DNA from: Trichodesmium erythraeum IMS101 | GTDB lineage: Bacteria > Cyanobacteriota > Cyanobacteriia > Cyanobacteriales > Microcoleaceae | Length of the DNA: 32,000 bases | NCBI RefSeq assembly: GCF_000014265.1 | Contig: NC_008312.1 | Location: 1,890,001 to 1,922,000 of the forward strand | Reading direction: 5' to 3' | Part shown: piece by piece, positions 11,182-21,567 of the stretch | Layout: each line of letters opens with the position of its first letter | Position numbering within the stretch: position 1 is the stretch's first letter | Program-made: the position numbers and the translations under genes | Notes under the pieces: model-generated | What the model was told of the DNA's origin: nothing | The model's database searches: none | What the model saw: the letters and a program-made list of their open reading frames with translations, nothing else

Positions 11182-11361
11182 AACTCAAGATAATAATTGT
11201 TCCAAAAATATTAATAAATACTAACTATTATAACACCTATCCAAATTTTATAGTAATGTATTATTTATTACTTACCCAAAATTATCCACGCTACTATGTT
11301 CAATATTCTGAATTTTTAACGAAAAGGCTTAGTGATTTAAGTTAAGTTGAATAGTTACCGC

Positions 11362-12057
11362 TTAAAATGAATCTTTAATTAAACGTTGCTTTAAAAATTC
11401 AGGGTTGCCTTGTGCTACTACCTGACCTTTATCTAGTAAAAATCCTCCATCACAATAATCTAACTCATTTAAGCGATGAGTAACCCACAGAGCAGTAATA
11501 CCTCGGTTTTTCACCAAACTTTGCACTTGAGTCAACAAATCTAATTGACTATCTGGATCTAGTAAAGCTGTCGGCTCATCTAAAAGTAAGATGTCACAGT
11601 TTCGAGCAATAGCACCAGCAATAGCAATTCTTTGTTTTTGTCCCCCACTCAAAGCATATATAGGTCGACGTTCTAGTTCTAATAAATTTACAGTACTTAA
11701 GGCATCTTTAACCCGATTACGAACTTGAAGTTTAGATAGTTTCTCTGCAACTAGACCAAAAGCTACATCTGCTCCTACTGTAGGCATGACAAGTTGATGA
11801 TCAGGATTTTGGAAAACAAAACCTATCTTTCCTTCAAAATTAATTGTTCCTGACTGAGGAGACAAAAGTTTAGTCAATAATCTTAATAAAGTTGATTTAC
11901 CACTACCATTAGTACCCAAGAGCATCCAAAACTGTCCCTTGGGTACTTTTAGAGAACAAGAGCGTAATACTTGAGAGCCATTAGGCCAATTAAAACAAAT
12001 ATTCTCTACTAAAATTGCTGAACGAGTGGCAATATTGGTTTTATCCTTTGGGTTCAT
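11362..12057 (-). CDS. ABC transporter ATP-binding protein, ECF/CbiO-type
   Basis: This 231-aa ORF has Walker A GTNGSGKST, FQNPDHQLVMPTVGADVAFGL (typical of EcfA/CbiO), signature LSGGQKQR, Walker B ILLLDEP and an H-loop VTHR. Its start ATG at 12057 overlaps the stop of the upstream ORF (ATGA). Confidence 0.88.
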   Translation of the reverse strand: MNPKDKTNIATRSAILVENICFNWPNGSQVLRSCSLKVPKGQFWMLLGTNGSGKSTLLRLLTKLLSPQSGTINFEGKIGFVFQNPDHQLVMPTVGADVAFGLVAEKLSKLQVRNRVKDALSTVNLLELERRPIYALSGGQKQRIAIAGAIARNCDILLLDEPTALLDPDSQLDLLTQVQSLVKNRGITALWVTHRLNELDYCDGGFLLDKGQVVAQGNPEFLKQRLIKDSF

Positions 12058-12320
12058 TGAGCTACAGTTACAAAACCAGGTGGCCTTCCAGTCGCAGCAG
12101 CACCAGATTTTTGGGAAATTTGAACACCAGAAACTTCACTCATTACTACAGCAATCTTTTTCTCCGGTATTTTCTCACAAGTTAATTCTAAAATTTGAGG
12201 ATTTCCAGAGCGAATAGACTCAACGATTTGTTCATAAGTAGATTCAGCATCCTCAGCGGACTTACGTTGAATTGAAAATGGTACAGGAGTGTACTTCACA
12301 ATGATATCAATAGTGAACAT
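12054..12320 (-). CDS. Small hypothetical protein (88 aa), translationally coupled to the ABC ATPase
   Basis: This ORF is intact in an AT-rich context. Its TGA (12054-12056) overlaps the ATG (12055-12057) of the downstream ATPase gene. I do not recognise a motif. The alternating beta/alpha pattern and the GRPPGF tail are only vaguely reminiscent of small DUF-type proteins. Confidence 0.5.
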   Translation of the reverse strand: MFTIDIIVKYTPVPFSIQRKSAEDAESTYEQIVESIRSGNPQILELTCEKIPEKKIAVVMSEVSGVQISQKSGAAATGRPPGFVTVAQ

Positions 12321-13736
12321 TTTTTAATTAGTGAGTGTAAGATATTAGATTACTTATGTCGCCTTGGTTCTCGGCAGTAATAGAACATATATATGGGTAA
12401 TAACCAGACTTTTTTGTTGCTTATCCAGAATTATACCACTCATAGTTGCAGTTGGCTGCGGAACCAGAACCTTTAACTACTTTGTTTCTTCTATTAGTTA
12501 GATTGTAACATTGGGTCGCAAACTATAAACCTTAAATTTTTGTATGCAAATTTCACCTAAAATTGCCAGAAGCCCAGTCCTATAGTATTTCCTAGTAGTA
12601 CCTACCCCTATTTCTACGCTTACACCGAGTAGATCGGGGTTAGTGATTGTATATTATAACTGTGACATATAATCATAACTATAACATAGAACAAATATTA
12701 AGAGTTTATCCAATTCACATTATTGCATGCCTACTTATTTATTATAGTAAATGTAGTCAAAAGATTAGCTATACCTTACTAGTAATTGAGACAAAAATCA
12801 AAGGTAATTAACATCACTACAACGTTTTAGCCCAAATAATTTTCACAAGTAAATTCATCATAAATAGTTATTTTATCCTTTACATAAACAATAAAAACCT
12901 CAAGACAAATGACTTATAAAAGCTTTTTTAAAACAGCAAAATATAATAAATTTTATTAGACTAAAAAAACTAAAATTTCTAGCTATACTTTACTTTTATC
13001 CTAAAATATAAGGTAGGAAAATTACCTAAATAGAAAAATTCATCAAACCTAGATTTTATTAAATCAATATTGGTATGATCTCTAATGTAAGCAGATGTCA
13101 AAAATTATATTGCACCCAGTAAAATTTCTATCAAAAATTTTCTCCGTTTTAAATACTCATAAATCATGTTCTTTTAATTACAGAGTAAAGTTAGCTTTGA
13201 CAATGCTTATTGGCATACTCCTAAAATCAAAAAATATTCCCTTTCTTAGTTATAGAATATTGACCTTAAAACCGATCTAATTTTTCAATATTATTTTAAA
13301 ACTTATTTTGAAATGGTAATAGTGATTCAATCTTTTAAACATTACTTAAAGTAGTAATCTCTAAATCTAGACTAATTGATTTATTATTTTCTGGTAAAGC
13401 TTCTAGATTAATATCTAGAACAAAACTTACAAAGTAACGATCAGCAAATTATTTAATTATTCCAAGGGATATAGATTTATTTGGATTAAGCTTGTAATTA
13501 TTACCTACAAAAGGAGCAGTTTTTTTGTTTTTATAGATTTAGATTGAGGAACTTTAACCTTTATTCTTTGACGTTTACCTTAACAACTATTAAATAAACT
13601 TTTTAATACTATTAATAGTATATATAGATTAGCTTAGTCCTGAAATAGATTTTTCTTCTGGAAATTGATCAGCAGATCTTCTTGCTCTGAATACTTAAAA
13701 CTAGGAAATTGTATGAAAACTATGGGCTAAAAAGCC

Positions 13737-13980
13737 TATTAACATCCTCTGTTGCTGAGGTTGTGCAGAAGGTTCTTGCGAGCCGAAGCCCAAGAATCTT
13801 AATTTATCTTCACTAGCGCAAAACTTGACCCTACTCTTACCCCTGTCGGATGCGTTCATTTTTCTCTTGGAGTGCCTATTGACCACTAAATAATTAACAT
13901 TATTAAATTAAATACCTATTTAAAAGAAACTAAAATATCCACTTATGGGCAAGGTTTTAGGCCAAATTTTTGGCTGAAGG
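13737..13980 (+). repeat. Dispersed intergenic repeat family, copy D
   Basis: 5' block: tattaacatcctctgttgctgaggttgtgc. Mid block: gcaaaacttgaccctactcttacccc. The 3' block ends ccactaaataattaac. Tail: agaaactaaaatatccacttatgggcaaggttttaggccaaattttt. It is collinear with copies B and C. Tracked ORF 13701-13886 (minus strand) lies inside it and is judged spurious. Confidence 0.55.
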
Positions 13981-14063
13981 AGAAGTTATGTTGCCAATTA
14001 AGATTGCTTAAGGGAAAAATCCAAAATCTAAAACACTAGATCGGAAAAAACTTATTTTTCTGG

Positions 14064-14092
14064 TTGCCCTGAGCAAAAATTACCTCTATAAT
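14064..14092 (+). promoter_or_regulatory. Candidate sigma70-type promoter upstream of psbD
   Basis: TTGCCC (14064-14069), a 17-nt spacer, then TATAAT (14087-14092), about 145 nt upstream of the psbD ATG. A GGAG lies at 14225-14228, 9 nt before the ATG. This is a sequence match only; the transcription start is unknown. Confidence 0.35.
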
Positions 14093-14237
14093 GAGAATCA
14101 CGGTAAAAAAATTAAACAATGTTTACAAAAGTTCTTATATTCTGCTCAAGTAGAACACAATTATTAATACATTAATGATGGTGGAGGACAAACATTAGCC
14201 GTAGTTATCATAATTATTTGATTTGGAGAACTATTTA

Positions 14238-15296
14238 ATGACTGTAGCAGTCGGACGCCCACAATCTCAAAGAGGAGCATTTGATGTCCTCGATGACTGG
14301 CTAAAACGCGATCGCTTTGTATTCGTTGGTTGGTCTGGTATACTTCTCTTCCCATGTGCTTTCTTGTCCATTGGAGGATGGTTAACTGGGACTACCTTCG
14401 TCACTTCCTGGTATACCCACGGGTTAGCCAGTTCTTACCTAGAAGGATGTAATTTTCTAACAGTTGCAATTAGCAGCCCAGCTTATAGCATGGGACATTC
14501 CCTACTCTTCCTTTGGGGCCCAGAGGCTCAGTGGGACTTTGCCCGTTGGTGTCAAATCGGTGGTCTCTGGTCATTCACTGCCCTACACGGTGCATTTGCT
14601 CTAATTGGATTCTGCCTACGTCAGATTGAAATTGCTCGTTTGGTTGGAATACGTCCTTACAATGCTATTGCCTTCACAGGACCAATTGCAGTATTTGTAA
14701 GTGTATTTTTAATGTACCCATTGGGTCAATCAAGCTGGTTCTTTGCACCTAGTTTTGGTGTAGCTGGTATATTCAGATTTATCCTATTTTTACAAGGATT
14801 CCATAACTGGACACTCAACCCATTTCATATGATGGGTGTAGCAGGAATCTTGGGTGGTGCACTTTTGTGTGCTATTCATGGTGCTACAGTAGAAAACACA
14901 CTTTTCCAAGATGGAGAGGCAGCAAATACCTTCCGCGCATTTGAGCCTACTCAATCTGAAGAAACATATTCAATGGTGACAGCTAATCGTTTCTGGTCCC
15001 AAATTTTCGGTATTGCATTTTCCAACAAACGTTGGTTACACTTCTTCATGTTATTTGTACCAGTAACAGGATTGTGGATGAGTTCCATAGGTATAGTGGG
15101 TTTAGCATTCAACCTACGAGCTTATGACTTTGTATCTCAAGAGTTACGGGCAGCAGATGACCCAGAATTTGAAACATTTTATACCAAAAATATCTTGCTA
15201 AATGAAGGTATCCGAGCTTGGATGTCTCCTGCAGACCAACCACATCAAAACTTTATGTTCCCAGAGGAAGTACTACCTCGTGGTAACGCTCTTTAA
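14238..15296 (+). CDS. psbD: Photosystem II D2 reaction-centre protein
   Basis: The 352-aa product from ATG 14238 (the tracked ORF starts 5 codons earlier at a TTG) begins [34 protein letters not shown] and ends [15 protein letters not shown]. It is near-identical along its whole length to canonical cyanobacterial D2. Confidence 0.98.
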   Translation: MTVAVGRPQSQRGAFDVLDDWLKRDRFVFVGWSGILLFPCAFLSIGGWLTGTTFVTSWYTHGLASSYLEGCNFLTVAISSPAYSMGHSLLFLWGPEAQWDFARWCQIGGLWSFTALHGAFALIGFCLRQIEIARLVGIRPYNAIAFTGPIAVFVSVFLMYPLGQSSWFFAPSFGVAGIFRFILFLQGFHNWTLNPFHMMGVAGILGGALLCAIHGATVENTLFQDGEAANTFRAFEPTQSEETYSMVTANRFWSQIFGIAFSNKRWLHFFMLFVPVTGLWMSSIGIVGLAFNLRAYDFVSQELRAADDPEFETFYTKNILLNEGIRAWMSPADQPHQNFMFPEEVLPRGNAL

Positions 15297-15559
15297 TATA
15301 CTCTAATTTTTTTGACAGGATAAGTTTAATACTTATCCTTAATAGTTCCTACACTAAATATGTAGGAGCTATTAAAAAAAAATCAATACAGCAGTTTTCG
15401 GTTGTCATGAGCTACACTTATAGAAAATAATTTGGGCAGTGCGTCAGTAAAGTATGGGATAAGTAATTAAGTCGTTCCCACTCCAAGGATCGAGACCTAA
15501 CTTAGCTCTTTACGCAGCAGTATTTTCTTTGGGACTATGAACCTAAATCCAATTAAAGT

Positions 15560-16270
15560 AGGTGCTCACCAACCTTACTGTTATCTCAGTTTGTTGCAAA
15601 AGCTGGCCAAATTTATTCTGTCGGCGATGCTATCGACCGAGCTAATCTCTGATAATTCCATTTGTGCGTTCCAATTACAGGGCAATGGTTTTTACCAATA
15701 ATGTGTTCTATTACAGGGCAATACTCGTTCATACTCTCCCCAATCATCAGTTAGCCATTTTTTACAGATAGTTTTCCCTTCTTTTCCCTTCTGTGTTGAT
15801 GAGTAATTCCTCAACGAACTGGTCAGTATGTTTATTTACTCTAGCACTTAAAATTAATCCATTGGATAAAGGGTAGGGGCTTGCCAACCCAAGAATCTCT
15901 TTCTGTCAATTCTTAATACTGGCAATGTTTTTGTTTTTTTGGACGAATCACCAAAACTCATCACTGCTCATTTGTGAGGTATTGATATTCTGGATATGAG
16001 CATTATGAATCAATTTTCCTTTTTCAGAGAGAGCTCTCACTAAAGTAACTACCGTATCATAGGCCAAATTCACTGTTCGACTAATCCCTCTCAAACTACT
16101 GCCCTCAACGTGAGCCTCTAGAACCATGCGTATTTGTTCAGGTTGAATTGTTCTACGATAGTAGGTAGTGTCAAAAGTATCAGTGAAAGCTTGTAGGCAT
16201 TCAGAACAATAATATAGTTGACAACATTACTGGTCTTTCCACGTTTATGAGTTTTCTGATGGCCATATAG
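15560..16270 (-). pseudogene. IS1-type transposase relic
   Basis: Minus-strand fragments read CSECLQAFTDTFDTTYYRRTIQPEQIRMVLEAHVEGSSLRGISRTVNLAYDTVVTLVRAL, then SQMSSDEFW*FVQKNKNIA (the DExWSFV block with a TGA in place of Ser), then NDWGEYERVLP. There are many stops and I found no inverted repeats. Confidence 0.4.
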
Positions 16271-16744
16271 AGGAAATTCTATGATAATAGAAAGTATTTA
16301 AGGACAACGATTATATTACTATTCCCACACTTTCTTGATGCATTACCATAATTTGATTATATATAGGTAGTCTATGTAGATAGATACGAAAAATCCTAAC
16401 TATATTAAGTTTTTTCAAGTAACTCCAAGTTCCTTGAGATAGTTGATTGAAAAATAAATTTACATTTTGTTAAATATCCAGACATTTTAATGCCTACCTA
16501 CTTACTTATAAAATCATATTTAATATATCGGTAGTGCATCAACAAACTGTGAGATAGGTAGTTAAATAATTCTACTTCCAAAGAGCAATATAGCTGCCAC
16601 ACTTGCTCACTTAGGCCTAGGCCAACTTAGATTTGTGTAACACTATTGTTATTGCGAGTATGAACCAATATCTAATTAAAGTAGGCCATCGCTAACTTCA
16701 CTATTACTTCTACCGGCTCCCAGATATTTCTTCCAGAAAAAAAT

Positions 16745-17042
16745 AGATAGAAATTTAACGAAAAATTTATTTGAAAACCTTACCTAACCATAAGGCGACT
16801 TTTCAGTTTTTTTTTGAATACATCTGTTGTCCTAAATGTTCATTAATAGTCTTGCTTGGGCCTACTAAGCTCAAAAACGGATTTATAGGAAAGGCTTTTG
16901 AGAAGGGTTAAGTTAACCCTAGCAACGATAAATTGGAGGAGCATGGAGAATGCGGATAACTTCGTAAGTGCAAAAAGTTAACTCACTGAGGAAACTTGCC
17001 TCCAGTATCAATGCCTCCCCATCTAAGAATGGGAGAGAATAT
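16745..17042 (-). repeat. Dispersed intergenic repeat family, copy F (only minus-strand copy)
   Basis: The reverse complement starts atattctctcccattcttagatggggagg (compare copy B, ataccctccccagctgttaggggtgag). It contains cctcagtgagttaacttttt (compare copy C, cttagtgagttgacgtttttt) and ccaatttatcgttgctagggttaacttaaccctt (compare copy B, gcaatttattgtcgtgagggtgaaacttgaccct). It ends with acagatgtattcaaaaaaaaactgaaaagtcgccttatggttaggtaaggttttcaaa. Confidence 0.55.
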
Positions 17043-17659
17043 TAAAACTATTAAAATATTGAACATTAAGGTTGAGTTATCTGGCAAATACGGAATTAAA
17101 CTTACAAAAGATTCCAAGTATATGAAATTTAAGTATTAATGATTAAATCTTTGTAGCGCGGCTATCTTGTCAGGCAGAGCTATTCCCTAGTCTTTATTAA
17201 ACCGAGCTGGTTGCCTTTTTTTTAGGATCCTCTCTACAAAACTGAGCTACACAATACTATGGCTTTGAAAAAAAATTTACAATACAATTGCATTCTGAAA
17301 TTTTTGTGCTAACATAATATTATTAAGTGAAATAAAAAAACCACTTAGGGAATAAAGGAGGTGATGCCTATGTCAGATAGTAGTAAACGCATGGGTCACC
17401 TGATTGGAAAATGCCGGCTGTGTGCCAGGACTGCTCTCTAGTAGTTAGCTTATGTTCCTTTTTTATTATAGGAGCTATAATATCAACCGATAAATCACTA
17501 CCAGGCTGACCTAGGGTTTCTCCCGGCAGTCAGGTTTCAATCAGTGTGACCCCCTAGACCGCTCTTATACAAATTTAGTGTTATAAATATATGATATTGA
17601 AACACTATCCCAGATAAGAGCGGATAGTTGCTTATTTTAGTAATTTTAGGAATAGTTCA

Positions 17660-17941
17660 ATGACTGAATTGCTGGCTGTAGAAGAAATTAATCAACGTAT
17701 CAGTCAAATATCGGACTGGAAATTAGAAGGAAACAAGCTTAAGTATATAAAAACAGTTAAAAATTTTGTTGAAGCTATTAATTTTGTGAATAAATTAGTA
17801 GCTCCTGCTGAGGCTTCACAACATCATCCAGACTTAGAAGTATCTTACAATAAAGTGACAATCATATTAACAACCCATAATTCTGGCGGCTTAACAGAAA
17901 AAGACTTTAAGATGGCTAAAACAATATCTGGCTTAAGTTAG
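17660..17941 (+). CDS. Pterin-4a-carbinolamine dehydratase (PCD/DCoH family)
   Basis: This 93-aa ORF contains WKLEGNKL, FVEAINFVNKLVAPAEASQHHPDLEVSYNKVTIILTTH and GLTEKDFKMAKTI. The HHPD ... V ... L.TH core and the size are typical of the family. Confidence 0.85.
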   Translation: MTELLAVEEINQRISQISDWKLEGNKLKYIKTVKNFVEAINFVNKLVAPAEASQHHPDLEVSYNKVTIILTTHNSGGLTEKDFKMAKTISGLS

Positions 17942-18789
17942 CTAAATACTCGATTCATCTTACACCATAATTGTTGTTAGAGTTGTTGTGGCAAAAAATT
18001 AAAGAAACAGCTTAAAGATAGAACTGATTCTAGCTCAAACTGTGGTATAGTAATAGGCCCAGATATGAATGTTCAGTGCATTCTGTACTTAAATAATTTG
18101 TCTATTCGACGTGATATGGGGAAAAGGAAAAGAGAATAATGCTAACTTTACAGTTGGGCATATTAATATTTGACTTTACTGAAAAAGTATCTTTTCTCAT
18201 CCCTTGCTAAATAATTAATCAAATGAAAATCTATGCTGTATTTTATGTTTTTCATTATTAGAGCTTGCTGAAAAAGTTTTACGAGTTAGGTGTAAGGAAT
18301 TAATAACTGGGAATAGGCTATATAGCTATATAGCTGTTTATTTTTAGCATTTTTTTCAGTCAGGTAAAGGAAAAATAACTAATTTTATTCATTTAATCGT
18401 TTTCTTATAATTTTTCAACGTCTGATATCAAAGCGATTTAGCATCTTTAATTCAAGCTAAATTAGCTTCTGAAGTATTTAGTGTAGTATATAGATAATAT
18501 AGAGAATTTAAGGCCATTGTATTGGCTAAGTAGGAACTATATTATGTCAAGAATGATTAAAGAAAGAAACTATAAGCCTGATAATTAGGTAATAATATCT
18601 TAAATGGGTTATAAAATGGTTATTTATTTATTTAGCAGCCCCTCAGGAAAAGTTAATTAGTGAAATTCTAAAAATTTAATATGCCTAATTTCCAATCATC
18701 TTTTCTAAGTACACTTTTATTAGAAAAAATATTATATTAATTAATAATTAAGTTTATTTAAGCTTAAGGCTATTGACTAAGCCTAAACT

Positions 18790-20424
18790 ATGATCCAGTT
18801 AAATACACTTAAGTTGTTTCAGGAACTTACTGAGACCTCTGAATTATTGATAATAGAGCAGCTACTAGATATTGGAGTAGCTCTATCTGACACTTACAAT
18901 TTGGGTGAACTATTAAATTTAATACTGTCCAAGAGTCGGGAAATAACTTGTAGCGATGCAGGTAGCGTTTACTTAGTAGATGAGGTAAATTTCAAAGAAC
19001 GCAAGTTAGTTTTCAAAGTTGCCCAAAATGATTCTATTCCAGAACTAGCTTTTCAGGAAATCGCATTACCAATTGACTTTAAAAGCTTGACTGGGTATGT
19101 TGCTTTAACTGGTCATACTTTAAACATACCAGATGCTTACAATCTTCCTAAAGATATTCCCTATAAGTTTGATGAAAGTTTTGATGAGAAAACAGGTTAT
19201 CGCACTTGTTCAGTCTTAATTTTGCCAGTACAAAAACAAAATCAGGAAATTATTGGAGTACTTCAGTTGATTAACCGTAAGGTTCAACCTGATGTTGTAA
19301 TTACAAAAGAAAATGCCAAAGAATTAACTAAAGCATATTCAAAATGGGAACAGAGAATATTAATTTCTCTGGCTTCTCAAGCTGCTATATCTATAGAGAG
19401 AAATAATCTACAAGAAAATATAGAAAATTTATTTGAGGGTTTTGTCAAAGCATCAGTACAGGCAATAGAGGCTAGAGACTCCTGCACATCAGGTCATTCA
19501 GAGCGAGTAGCTAAGTTAACGGTAGGACTGTGTCAAGAAGTGAATATAATTACTAATGGAGTATTCTCGGGGACATATTTTAGCAATGAGCAAATTCAAG
19601 AAATGCGTTATGCAGCTCTATTACATGATTTTGGTAAAATAGGAGTGCCAGAAGGTATTTTAACAAAACGCAAAAAACTATATCAAGAACAATTAGAGCT
19701 AATCAAGCAAAGATTTTCTGTAGCCCAGCGTACTTTGGAAATGGAATCTGCTCAAACCAAGTACGAATACTTGCTTAGACATTTATCTGGGACATATCAA
19801 TCACATACTCAAGAAAGTTGTCCTTTGTGTCAAAAAATTGAAAATTTAGATTTAGAACTAAAAACAGCAATTACTCAGCTTAACAACTATTGGCAAACAA
19901 TACTAATAGCTAATGAACCAAAAGTTTTAGCAGAAGAACCACTCAAGCAACTACAACAGATATCACTTTATACCTACAAAGATACAGATGGTCAAATTAA
20001 ACCTCTAATTACATCAGAGGAAATGGCTCAACTTACAGTTCCCAGGGGAAACTTGACTCCTGAAGAACGACGAGCTGTTGAAGCTCATGTAACACATTCT
20101 TATGAATTTTTAAAGCAAATTGCCTGGACAAAAAATCTACAGAACATACCAGAAATTGCTTATGGACATCATGAAAAGTTGGACGGTAGTGGTTATCCTA
20201 GGGGACTAAAGAAAAACGAAATTTCTCTTCAAACCCAGATAATAGTTATCGCAGATATATATGATGCTTTAACTGCTGGCGATCGCCCGTATAAACAAGG
20301 GTTACCCGTAGAAGCGGCTCTGAGAATTATGCGTTCTGAAGCAGCCGAGAATAAAATTAATAGCCATTTCTTGGAACTATTTGAACAAAAGCAAGTCTTT
20401 TCCATACTAGGACATAGTAAATAA
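18790..20424 (+). CDS. GAF-domain / HD-GYP-domain signalling protein (probable c-di-GMP phosphodiesterase-type)
   Basis: This 544-aa ORF has an N-terminal GAF-like region (SDAGSVYLVD ... GYVALTGHTLNIPDAY ... IGVLQLINR). The C-terminal HD-GYP domain shows GHSERVA, LLHDFGKIGVP, HHEKLDGSGYPRGL and IADIYDALTAGDRPYK, split by a roughly 130-aa insert. Confidence 0.85.
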   Translation: MIQLNTLKLFQELTETSELLIIEQLLDIGVALSDTYNLGELLNLILSKSREITCSDAGSVYLVDEVNFKERKLVFKVAQNDSIPELAFQEIALPIDFKSLTGYVALTGHTLNIPDAYNLPKDIPYKFDESFDEKTGYRTCSVLILPVQKQNQEIIGVLQLINRKVQPDVVITKENAKELTKAYSKWEQRILISLASQAAISIERNNLQENIENLFEGFVKASVQAIEARDSCTSGHSERVAKLTVGLCQEVNIITNGVFSGTYFSNEQIQEMRYAALLHDFGKIGVPEGILTKRKKLYQEQLELIKQRFSVAQRTLEMESAQTKYEYLLRHLSGTYQSHTQESCPLCQKIENLDLELKTAITQLNNYWQTILIANEPKVLAEEPLKQLQQISLYTYKDTDGQIKPLITSEEMAQLTVPRGNLTPEERRAVEAHVTHSYEFLKQIAWTKNLQNIPEIAYGHHEKLDGSGYPRGLKKNEISLQTQIIVIADIYDALTAGDRPYKQGLPVEAALRIMRSEAAENKINSHFLELFEQKQVFSILGHSK

Positions 20425-20705
20425 TACGAATTACTAGAAACTTTGCTACATTAAGATTTAAATTTTTATTTAAGTATCACCTTTTAAAGTAAAAAGGCTA
20501 TTTGATATAAGTGGAAAAAACAAAGATGTAGATGGAGAAATAGGGATAACTGGAAAACTTGAGAACCCCAAGTCAGGAAATATGCCAAATTTATCAATTA
20601 TTCTAGAAGATAAATTAAGGAATTCTTGTCATTTAAGCTAATGAGACTAACCAAATATTTAGTCAAAGTTTAACGATACTCGGAGACTAAATTCAGCAGT
20701 AAATC

Positions 20706-20995
20706 TTATTAATACCCTCCCCAGCTGTTAGGGGTGAGATTATTTCTATCGTTGTCTTACCCAAGGGCAGGTTGAGGTTTTACACTTAGCAGGTCCTTTG
20801 CACTCCTGAATTCTGCTGCAATTTATTGTCGTGAGGGTGAAACTTGACCCTAGTCAAACCACTTTCCTAGTGTGTCAGTTTTGTTGTCTCAGACTCCCTG
20901 CCCGGAAGTAATTAAATAACATTTGGGAGCAAATTTACATAAAGAAACTAAAAATTTAATTGCTTATACACGAGGCTTTCAAGCAAATTTTTCTT
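20706..20995 (+). repeat. Dispersed intergenic repeat family, copy B
   Basis: 5' block: ttattaataccctccccagctgttaggggtgag. Mid block: gcaatttattgtcgtgagggtgaaacttgaccctagtcaaaccactttcc. GC block: gtctcagactccctgcccggaagtaattaaataac. Tail: agaaactaaaaatttaattgcttatacacgaggctttcaagcaaattttt. Confidence 0.6.
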
Positions 20996-21567
20996 TAATT
21001 TCCCTATTCTCGTAACCCTTTATCTATGTTTGTCTCACCCATCGTTAACTTACGATACTTTGAAAAAACCTTGCCTTTTAAGGTAAGAATATTTGCTGGA
21101 GTTAATAGTCTCTGGGATAGTAGTCCTAAGAATTTTTAACAAAGGTTGTTGATACAAAAAAATTGTGATAGTCTGTCAATCATCTACCTAACCTATATAT
21201 GTACAAGCTATTACTTTTGTAGTTCTCAGCTTGAATATACCTAAAATATTAAGGTGAAAAATCTAAACTTTGTAGTAAAGGTCATAAAAGAGTCTGTTTG
21301 TGCTATAAGAAAGTCGAACAAATATCAAAATTTGTTCTAGGGCTAGAATTATTTTAATATTGCTGGAAAAAACCATGTTCTGGAAAGATAGATCCAGATT
21401 CAATGAAAAAATTGGACTACCTGCAATTCTAGTCCTTATTAATACATAGTTAATACCCAAGGAGATGCGGGTTTATAAAGCAATAATTAACAATCCTACC
21501 CTATTAAAACTAACTAAACAAAAGAGCCAAATAGTCTCTCTATAATTGGTGTGAGGATGAGAGAAAA

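Noticed and set aside
12026-14355. Tracked ORFs 12026-12217 (+), 13095-13280 (+), 13701-13886 (-) and 14164-14355 (-).
   Set aside because: The first and last are antisense shadows of the ABC ATPase/88-aa genes and of psbD. 13701-13886 lies within repeat copy D. 13095-13280 is an AT-rich ORF with no RBS or motif.
15240-15700. A psbC start overlapping the 3' end of psbD (the classical psbDC arrangement).
   Set aside because: No long ORF opens in any plus-strand frame around or after the psbD stop. The downstream sequence is non-coding and then becomes an IS1-type relic on the opposite strand.
16934-17005. An apparent structured element (tggaggagca ... tgcctcca outer helix, taactt/aagtta inner helix) with a 12-codon micro-ORF (MENADNFVSAKS), considered as a possible riboswitch or leader.
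   Set aside because: It lies inside minus-strand copy F of the dispersed repeat family and aligns with the other copies. The SD-to-ATG spacing (2 nt) is non-functional. I recognise no riboswitch consensus.
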